A stretch of 64,000 nt of DNA from Paraspadella gotoi (lineage: Eukaryota; Animalia; Chaetognatha): contig CM119269.1 of assembly GCA_051294375.1 (NCBI GenBank), forward strand, positions 12,804,790-12,868,789. Direction: 5' to 3'. Within the stretch, counting starts at the first letter, position 1, and each line of letters opens with the position of its first letter. Shown piece after piece: positions 40,089 to 49,888 of the stretch. The position numbers and the translations under genes were made by a program. The notes beneath the pieces are model-generated. The model searched no databases, was not told where the DNA came from, and worked only from the letters and a program-made list of their open reading frames with translations.

Positions 40089-43000
40089 GTCAAATAATAA
40101 CAAATACATACAATGCTATCTGAATAATAATAAAAAGAATATTATGTAGTATGTAATTACTAATTGGTAATTACCTAATATAATTTTTTTTCTCACTCAA
40201 AAGACACCATGAATGAGAAGAAAATCACGTTTGTCGACTCTTCTTCTACGACCGCCGCCGCCGCAGCAGCCGCCGCCGCCGCCGTCTCTCCTCCCGCCAA
40301 GCTTTCCCTCTGCGCCAAACTCATCGGCCGACGCCGCGCCACAAAACTTCAATCGGATTTCGTCTTTCTTCAAATCGCGATCCCCGTCGGCGCCGCAGTC
40401 TTCGTTATGAGTAAGACTGTGTCTGAGGAGTTAAGTTCTCTATCCACTTGACCTCTGACCCTTATCTTTTCACTGAAATTTAACCTCTTGGCATCTGACC
40501 CCGCGGGTAACCTCCGTGATATATCCTCTTTGAACTGTGATCTCCATCCGACTCTATTTTCCAAAAGCGTCCCTTTTCTGTTCCTCATCCCTGAATTTGA
40601 ATTTAAATGTAAATATTTAACTTTAACCTCTTACCAAATACTTAATCTAATCCTAAATCTTAATACTAACCCAATCCCCAATACTTTTTCCTTAATCCTA
40701 ATCCGAATATATAACACTAATTCTTTTTAACCTTAATCCTTAACCTAAGCTCTAACCAAATCTTTAAATTAAAAAACTCTTTTTATTCTAAATTTAAACG
40801 GAAATGGAACAGTTTTGAAAATTTAAGCTGAAATGGAGTAGTTTTGAAAATATAAGCCGACATGAGGCTGGAATCCAGGTTTTCCCAGCCACGATCACCC
40901 ACTTAATTGCTGACGCCATTCTGGTAGCGTGTTCTATTGTTTATATTGAAACAAATGAACACTAAAACGACTTTTAGATAGATTACTCTAGTAGTATTAT
41001 TATGGTTATTTTTCCAAATTCATTCATTCAATCAAAAGAGCCCGCCCTCCCTTTTTCCAGGTCACTTCTTCGCCACGATCGTCGTGGATCTCGACGTCGA
41101 CGAACACGTCTGTCATCATCTCTTCTCTCGACCCAGAATTTACTTCGGACTTATGTCGGCGTCGATGACGCTGATGGTCGGAATTGCCGGAAATCGGAGA
41201 AAGTGAGGAGCCGGACAAAGCGGGGAAAAGGGGTTGGGACGTTGATGAGGCGGTATTTATTGTATATTTGATCCCCGTAAATATGCTATTAAAATCCCCG
41301 ATACTGTTTAACAATATTTATCACATTATCATCGCGTGATCGGTCGTCATCCGCAAACAACGGTGATTGGGGTTTTAATATTAACGTGTAAAAAAATAAT
41401 TAAAATAAAAATGAATATATTTTAGAAAATAAATAGTCTATGAGATACAAGTTGTCCAGCGCTAGTGATCCTTTAAAAAAAGTTTATTTTAATCACCAAT
41501 ATGAAACAGTAGCACGTCACAGTTGTCTCACACTACCGATCTGATCTCACATCTTCTTCAGATGGAACAAAACCGGAAGTACTCCTCGTCCACCGCGATC
41601 CATCCACGGTGACGCCTCCGCCCTCGCAGCTCTTTTTGCCTTTTGTCAATTCGCATCAACTGTCGCCAATTATCCGAGAACGACTGATGGGTGAGAACTG
41701 AGAAGGAATTGTTATTGTGAAAGATATTTCTTTAACTGTATTTTTTAAATGAAATTGAATTTAACTTAATTTAATTTACCTATCGTAGTATTGAAGTTTT
41801 ATTGTTATAGTGTCGTTTTAGAGTTTCATATTAGTTTTTTTATATTTCAGAGTTTGTCATTTTTGTTTTTGTTGTCATTCTCGTTATTTGTGTGAAATGG
41901 GTTGGTATTTTCTGTTGTAAATTACGTTTTTCAACGTTTAAGTTAGCAGCGTGCTAGAATTCTACTAGCTTTTCTAGCAATTCGTTTAAATACTCGTCAA
42001 GTAGGATGGCCTTCCAAGTGGTTCATATACGCAAACAGTAGGCAGTCGGCACGCTTGTAAACGCGGGCACCGAATCATGTTTGACAAGAATGTGAATTTT
42101 CAAGGAGAGACGGACTTCAGATTTTGTGCTTGAGATCTCACGGTCCGGTTTTTATTGCCCTCTGGTTCACGTCTCCCTGAAAGATTTTTATCACCCTCTT
42201 CACCGCCGGTCAAGAGAGGGGTTAACGAGGTGCTTGTTTTGAGGGAGAGAGGGGGAGAGAGAGAGGGATAGGGAGAGGGAGAGAAGCAGCTGATGTTTTG
42301 CGTCGTTTATAATCACTGACCACTGGTCAGTGGTCAGTGACCAGTGGCCACCTGCTCCCGTCAATTCCTTTAAAATGGTCAGTGTTCACTGTTGTTTTTA
42401 TTTGTTTCCAGACGAGATTCGACGCCTTGCTGCTTCGCCTCTCTGACTTTCACTGCTCTTCTCTTCCTCATCAATTTTTTCGCTTATTGCTTCGCAGAAA
42501 TCGTAAAAAAAATCAAGAAAAGCGACAGGTGATATTATACTATATAGTATATACTTTGAGATCAATACGCTCTATAGGCCTATGCTATTCTTGTTAAATC
42601 AATGTTCGGGTGAGTTAAAGGGAAGTTAAAATTATAATAAATTACGGTTAAGATTAAATTATGGTTAAGGTTATAATGTGATAAAGTCAAGTTAGGGTTA
42701 AGAATTTATAAGTGATAATTAGTATTAGTAGTAAGTTAAGATTAGGGATAAGTTTAAAATTGAGTCCCAGCTTAAATATAAAAAATTTAAAAACAATTTC
42801 AAAGATAATTATAATTATAAACCAATTATAATTTAATAAGGAATAAAAATGAAAAAGAATCAAATCAGCAAGAAATCTTATCCAATAAAAACATCGTCTT
42901 TAAAATCATTGTTGTCACGTTGTCACGTTGTCACGTTCCAGACTCTCGAAGAAGCCAGTTGACGTAATCGATGGTGAAAAGGAAAACGAAGATGAGGAAA

Positions 43001-43176
43001 AGGACGACAAAGAAGAAGACGACGACGATGACGACGACGACGATATTTTGTCGGCCGAAACCGAATGTCGTTGCAGAAAACCGACGGGAAGAGACGATGA
43101 AGAGTCGGTCGCTTTGGCCGACGAAGAAATTGTCGGCCAGGCGGTCGAGGACGACGTCCCTTTGTTGAGGGATTAA
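38643..43176 (+). CDS. Orphan multi-pass membrane protein, 8 exons, ~456 aa, acidic C-terminus
   Basis: Second copy of exons 1-4 (with indels) plus phase-compatible exons 41061-41202, 41562-41690, 42412-42528, 42942-43176; about 8 hydrophobic segments. Confidence 0.7.
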
Positions 43177-44108
43177 ATCTTTTTTGGGATGATGGAGATA
43201 TTTTACGTTAATATGTTATGCTTATGTTATGGTGGTTGAAAATAATTTAAGAATTCTAAAAAGAATCTCATAATTATATTGGTTTTACCAATTTCGTATT
43301 TAAAAATTTAAAGAATTAAAGAATTAAATAATAATATGACCATAATTAAGCGGAAAAAAACGAATTTGAGTTTCAACAACAATTTGTTTATTTAGTTGAA
43401 ACTCAGATTCGTTTTTTAATCACCTTGCACAACGAAACGAAATAATTTAAAAAAGAAGAAAATAATTAAAGAATTAAATAATAGAAGAATGTTATGAAAA
43501 TCTCAAGTTAAGATCGTTAATAATTCACCATCATTTTTTATCATGATCCAGTCAATAATAATCGGAGTCAAGTGAGGATAATTTCGACGTCCACTTTGTC
43601 TTTGACTTCATTATCATTCCAGTCTGCATCCTTTTTTATTTTTTTACAACTCCCAAAATGTAATATATATTTAGAATTTATGTAGTGTAGATTACGAAAA
43701 TAGTAATCTTCTCTTAAATGTAGCTTGTGCCTGCCCGAGAAATAAAATTACGTGCTTGATTAGAAAATATACATAAATATATCTCTCTATTCTATATATA
43801 CAATATGCAATATACTTGTATATCTGTCGCGCTTGGTTCTCTCACTTGATCTCGAAATATCTTTTGATTACATATATCATACATGTCTTTTGTGTATAGT
43901 CTAAATAGAGACTAGTTGGAAAGACGGGCTTAACGTATTTGGTTTACTTAAGATTTTGTTTACTTAAGATTGTTAAAACCGTGTCTGGAATATTTTCATA
44001 AAATACATTTAAGAAAAAAAATGGGTTAAGTTCATTCCCTCGGCTCCACGATAAAAACAAAAAAGTTTTACTTACAGGCACAACGAGAACAATTGAATTC
44101 GCAAAAAT

Positions 44109-44329
44109 AAAGAGACAGAAATAATAGTTAGGAGTTAGTGCCAGAACCGTTCAATATAAGAATAAGCAGTCCCTGAGCTACAGTTCAGGCTGTAACACCG
44201 TGGCACAGGAACCCCGTCCTTCTTAACTGATGGGCGGCCACAGGGCTAGAATCCCGGACCTTTGGGTTGGGAGACAAAGGACTTGCCGCCTGCACCATTG
44301 CAGGCGGCGGTGGATTTGATTCCACCATA
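44109..44329 (-). mobile_element. tRNA-headed dispersed repeat, copy A (internal deletion in the twister-like region)
   Basis: Homologous to 49563-49797 from aagagacag to tccaccata. Confidence 0.8.
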
Positions 44330-44466
44330 TGTTAAGCAACCTTAAGGGTTATAGATTTATATGGATTTTGAATTTTTTTAAACGCATGACAACAAAAACA
44401 AATTTAAAATCTAATTAACAATTGATTATTACCCACAACAGCAATTATCAATGTACATTTATCGTC

Positions 44467-44701
44467 TCAATTCCAATTCACCGTCCGCCATTCCATCCGT
44501 CCGTCCCAGTCTCTCTCGAAATCGACGCCGGTCGCGACGCCATTTTTCAAAGCGGCGCCGAAATCTCCGCCGACCGGCGTGACGTCGAAGCAGAGGCGCA
44601 ACGCCGCCAGCGTGTGGTGGCGGAGCAGAGCCGCCTCGAGACCAGGGAAGGAATCCTGGAATTAAAGTATGGCGACAGATTTATAGTTTTAGAGAGTGAG
44701 T

Positions 44702-44781
<80 letters not shown>

Positions 44782-47700
44782 AGAGAGAGACCTGTAATAT
44801 CTTCTTGTGAAAGGATTTCTGCTCTTCTAGGATATTCATGTTTCGATCTGGCGCCAAATTTTGAGCCGCAGCCACGCCATCGAACTTGAAAGCAATGATC
44901 GAACATTATTAGTTGTTTTTTTTTTTTTAAACCTTAATTAAAAAAAAAAACTTTAAATCTTTAACCTAATAAAATCGACTTTCACCCGTACCTGAAAGCA
45001 CCCGACTTTGAGACGGGACATCTCCGCCACAGCGACGACCTCTTCCAAGGGAATTCCGGAGGCGAATCCGAGTTCCACTTCCTCCAGTCGCGGACACGAG
45101 GTCGTCACGAGACGTTGGAACTCTCCGGGGACGAAAACCACCGTCGTTGTTGGAGCCTGCCTCAACGAAAAGGGGATTTTACAATTTATGTACAAAGTAT
45201 GTTCAATATATGTAAACAAAACAGAATTAATTCTCTCACCAACAATCGTTGGAGATTGGCCAGAGACGGAGCATCGGAAAACCCGAGGGCCAACGTCTTA
45301 AAATTGTCGAGACGAAGAGTGGAGAGATTGGGGAAGAACGGGAGGACTCTCCTCTTGAAGAAGACGATGGAGGAGGAAGAGGAGGAGGAGGGGGAGGGAG
45401 GACGAGACCTTGGGGGGGGGTGAATGAGATTTTAATTTTATAATAATCAACCATGAGAATTGTCATCGGCAAATTGCCTTTTATTGCTGCCTGATCCGCA
45501 GCAAATCATCCTTTGAGGTTCGACGGGCAGAAAATCCACTGTGATTTCTTCCACCGAAAAATTTTTTTTCTCCTCGCTTGACTGTGAGTTGCTTGATTGC
45601 TTTCTTTCTGCTTGCTCCTGGCGATATGGAAATCAAACGGGCAAAGAACTTTTTTATTGCAATTTCCCGATTATTGTCAATGATAAAAATCAATTTAGCC
45701 GTACGTCGCTCTGTCATTCCTTTGTCAAACACTTGCTCTTCTCCATTCTTACCTTTGTCATTCTCATCGTCAGCTTGAGCGACTTTAACGATTCCATTGA
45801 CCAGAGGGCGCTTTCGATCGCCTCCCAGTCGCCCGCGCTCTCCACGTGTCGATCCAAATGCCTCAACACCCGCGAAGGAACCTTTGGGAGCAACGCCTCC
45901 GCTTGGGTCGGCACTGTGGTCCGAAAATTAATAAAATTTATTTTAATTTTGGAGATTAAAAATAAATAAAATTGCCAAAGCAAGGGCAAAGTGACCGTGG
46001 GGAAAGACCGGTACGGAGGAAGAGGAGAGAGGAAGGGTTTAGAGAGAGCGACCGGTGGTAAGTCGCCTCAATAGTTACTAAACATTGTTTGAGTTTTATC
46101 TAAATTAAATTATGCAACCATAACCTGTGCATCGTTTTAATAGTTCATCGTAGAGACGAGACAGTCCAGCGTCGTAGCTTTGAAACTCGAGGCTGTGAAG
46201 AGATTTTCCGTGAAAACCTAGAAATGGGTTCGTGAATTAATTCACGAAACCGATTCATCACCGAATGACCTTAGCCGCAATTCGTTCCGGGTCGTATCTT
46301 GGCGGTCCACCGCAAGCTTGGCGGTGAGGCGGTGACTGCATATAATTGAGTGGAAGGTAACATGGTACAAAGTTTCCCCACAAAGTATTAATTAAATTTA
46401 TGAAATATTACCCGAATCATGAGAATTTAAAACGTAAATGAGACAGTCAGACTGACTGACGGACCAAACGAAAAGTGACATAAACCTCTCACAACCTTGA
46501 ACGATTTGATCCGCAAAGGTTTTTACGTCGACTTGGATTTTGTAAGGAAAGAAAAGTCGAAGTTTGAGTTCGACGAGAGAATTGGGAGCGAAAGCGAAAG
46601 CGTTCTCGGACCAAGTAGACATCTGTTAATGTTATCAATAATATATAATTATAGTATATATTATATAGGAATTATTATAAGGAAAATGCTGTCTTTAAGT
46701 ATTTGTCGCAGTTGTTATTGTGGTAAGAGCAGTTGGCCACCGCGTTAATATTCTACTTTGTACATTATTTGGAGTTTTATTTCGATCGAAGCCTCCCAAC
46801 TCAAGACCTTGAAAGACACCAGCATCTTCATCTTCTCCATCCTTCTGCATCTCGTCCACACCGTCTTCAACGCATCCGGGTAGACCGCGTTGACGAATCC
46901 TCCGCCGCCGCGTTGCTCTTCCAAGCAGAGTCCCGTCAGACCAAGCTCCGATTTCTAAAACAGATGCAAAACTTAGCAAGCAACCAATAAATCAGCTTAT
47001 CAATCGATCAATTAACCTATTAATTAATATAACGGGTATTCATCAACACTGAATCCGTTTTGACTATTTACAAAATAGCTAGTTAGTTCTAAATAATAAA
47101 ACCAGTATAAAAATACCCATGAATCCTCACCAAACCACTTCCAAAAAGCCGGAGAATGTCTAGCTTCTCCGCGGAGGCGACTTCGTTGATGCTAAGACTC
47201 TCCAGTCTCTCCATCGACTCCTGCAGCGGCTGCAAGTCGGTGACGGCGGCGCCGATCCGCAGTCGAAGACTCTGCAGCGCGGCGAGAGGCCGAAGAAAGC
47301 TGAGGTCGTCGACGAAGCAGTTGAGGTGGAGACTTCTGACGCGACTGGAGAAAAGTTGATGAAGGGATGAGTTTTCTTCTCACCGTATTATAATTTAGAA
47401 AAATTAATTAATTGAACGGTATTGAAATCCCCCACACTTAGAATGCTCAGTGGGAGGTTCTCAAGTACTAACCTAAAATCTTCAGTCCAAGTCACACCGT
47501 GAAGCGGCCCGCGGAACGCCCCGTCCGCAATTGAGACGAGCTTGGGAAAGAGGTTAAGCGACGCCAAGAGGTCTTGACGCTTCTGGTCGTCGTCGTCGTC
47601 GTCGTCGTCGTCGAGGTTTTCTGGACCAAAATCGATCCGCTCAACATTCGGACACGCTGTCGACAGATGGCGCAAAATCGATTCGACGCTGATTTAAGGC

Positions 47701-48401
47701 GGGAGAAGAGGAAATTGATTTATCAATTGATAACTATCATTATAATTATAAATTTTTAATCGTGTTGTGTAAAGACTTTCGATTTCGTTGTTTTTAGGAA
47801 TTAGGAGAAAAACAATTTGATTTGTTTTGACAACGAATTGTATTAATAATTTACAGCAGACATGTTTCGACTCTGCAGTTTAGAGTCTTCATCTAAACAA
47901 TAAACATGTCTACTGTTAATTATTAATATAATTCGTTGTAAAAACAAATCAAATTGTTTTTATCCTAAATTATTAATCATAATTAAGGACGCTCAAGGAT
48001 TGCCTGTGTTAAGCTTTTTGGTTTAATAACAATACCACGCTTTATACCTTATGACGTTCCCTCGCACTATCTTGTATCATGTATAAACAAACAAGTAAGT
48101 AATTAATTCATCGGCCTTATTTTCAAAAATCACCCAATTTCAGCTTAAAAATCAGATTTCAGTTCGTTTTTCGGAAAACAGCGTCAATAAATCAACCAGT
48201 TGCATACGTGCCACACTCAAACAAAAAAAAAATATCTTCCGGTAAAAATCTAAACCGGCGTCTCGAGATCCGGCGTTGCTGACGTTGGCGCCACGCCACG
48301 TCGTCGGCGAAGGTGATGGCGATGACGTCGACGCCGCGAGAGGAAAGGACTTCCGGTGGAAGAGAAAACACGTCGGGCCGAAAAGGATTTAATGTCGACA
48401 T
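44467..48401 (-). CDS. Multi-exon LRR (RNI-like, possibly F-box/LRR) protein
   Basis: About 12 exons; SLPPEVL near the start; LRR-like CPNVERIDF, VRSLHLN, LQSLRL, LESLSI, LVELKL, LKSLKL, CPRLEEVEL; stop at 44467; some internal junctions unresolved. Confidence 0.7.
47800..47968. mobile_element. Foldback element with ~65-bp arms and a central hammerhead remnant
   Basis: ttaggagaaaaacaatttgatttgtttt..gacatgttt / aaacatgtc..aaaacaaatcaaattgtttttatcctaa; centre on - strand (ta)gatgaagactc..gagtcgaaacatgtc. Confidence 0.7.
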
Positions 48402-48598
48402 AATGTAATGTATATTTGATATTTATCAAAAGTTAAACATATTACTATCGGCCAATCGGTGATCTGTGTCGCATGGAATTTTAATCGATCTTTAAATTTT
48501 TTTTCTAGCCATTGTGTTAATCCTTTCGGCTTCGTTGAGTATAGAGATTTAACAAAGTTTGGAAATGTTTTCGTCAACGATTTTTTATTAGTATTAAG

Positions 48599-48634
48599 GA
48601 CATGTTTCGACTCTTCATTTCGAGTCTTCATCAG
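48599..48634 (-). ncRNA. Minimal type I hammerhead ribozyme motif (Penelope-type), left arm
   Basis: CUGAUGA-A-GACUC-8nt-GAGUC-GAAA-CAUGUC; stem I is weak. Confidence 0.65.
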
Positions 48635-49176
48635 CAGTAATGATGGCATTAACAAATTTGTGTAAAAGAAGGGAGAGAGAGAGAGAGAGAGAAGTGAGAG
48701 AGAAAGAGAGAGAGAGAGAGAGGGCCAAAAGTTTCCAACACAGAGATAGTTGTTAAAGATGAGTACAGTTTGAGTTGAGGACAGATCAGTTGTGAAAAGA
48801 AGTGAAATGGTCATTGGTGAAAGAGAGAGAGAGAGAGACAGAAGGAGAGAGGGAGAGAGAGAGAGAGAGAGAAAAAAAATAATATATATAATTATAATTA
48901 TAATTATTATAATGTATTATTTTGTCTCTCCCTGTTTTTTCTCTCTCTCTCTCTCTCTCCCTCTCTCCTTCTGTCTCTCTCTCTCTCTCTTCACCAATTG
49001 ACCATTTCACTTCTTTTCACAACTGATCTGTCCTCAACTCAAACTGTACTCATTCTTTAACAACTATCTCTGTGTTGGAAACTTTTGGCCCTCTCTCTCT
49101 CTCTCTCTTTCTCTCTCACTCTCTCTCTCTCTCTCTCTCCCTTCTTTTACACAAATTTGTTAATGCATCATTACTG

Positions 49177-49212
49177 CTGATGAAGACTCGAAATGAAGAG
49201 TCGAAACATGTC
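49177..49212 (+). ncRNA. Minimal type I hammerhead ribozyme motif (Penelope-type), right arm
   Basis: ctgatga a gactc gaaatgaa gagtc gaaa catgtc: intact core, 5-bp stem II, palindromic ACAUGU stem III, GUC cleavage triplet. Confidence 0.65.
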
Positions 49213-49562
49213 CTTATACTAATAAAAAATCGTTGACGAAAACATTTCCAAACTTTGTTAAATTTTTTTTCTAAAAATATTAGAGATGTAGTTTAATTTA
49301 TCCATTGTGTAGTTGTGTGTTTTACAATAACAGTAACAAGAAGAAAGTTTTCACAGCCAGGCTGTAGAAAGGAATGTGAAAGTCAAACAAATCAGTTCGA
49401 TCTCGATGATTCACCTTGCCTCCTGCTCGGGCTTGCATTTTTCATGCTAAAAAAAACGTTTTTTGAGCGAATAGACATTCGAGTTTGAAGAGGATATTTC
49501 ACGGTTTTTCTCTCAGACTAAATTATTAAGCTCTTCAAGACAGGCCGCATCAATGTTTATGT

Positions 49563-49797
49563 TGAAGAGACAGTAATTATTGATATGTGTTAATGACAGA
49601 ACCGTTCAATATAAGCAGTACCAGAGCTTCGGATCAGGCTGTAACACCGAGTTACAGGCGGGTTAAGCGCCCCGTCCCTCTTAACTGCCAGACGACCACC
49701 GGGCTAGAACCCGAGACCTTTGGGTTGGGAGGCGAATGACTTGCCTCCGGCACCAATGGCCGCTGATGAATGGTTGGTGGATTTTTAGTCCACCATA
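49563..49797 (-). mobile_element. tRNA-headed dispersed repeat, copy B (full length), with twister-like domain at 49615-49688
   Basis: On - strand: hairpin tggtgga..tccacca; tRNA-like segment with A-box-like tggtgccggagg and B-box ggttctagccc; then ttaacccgcc-P3-cctga tccgaagc. Confidence 0.8.
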
Positions 49798-49888
49798 ATG
49801 TGTTATTAGGGTTAGGGAGGTTTAGGGTTAGGGGAGTTTAGGGTTAGGGGGGTTTAGGGGGGTTTAGCCAATATCATAAAAAGTCTTT

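Larger units (their letters stand above)
24853..40915 (+). repeat. ~8-kb direct duplication (24853-32823 and 32963-40915) separated by N gaps
   Basis: Colinear sequence from agtgttatgtctcaaata to aattgctgacg; differences mostly indels, densest at the start of copy 2. Confidence 0.93.
48547..49263. repeat. Near-perfect inverted repeat with ~330-bp arms and a ~56-bp AT-rich loop
   Basis: 48547-48878 is the reverse complement of 48935-49263 apart from a few small indels. Confidence 0.93.

Noticed and set aside
49805-49868. TTAGGG-like run suggesting a telomere
   Set aside because: Short, degenerate and internal; similar to the interiors of the local repeats.
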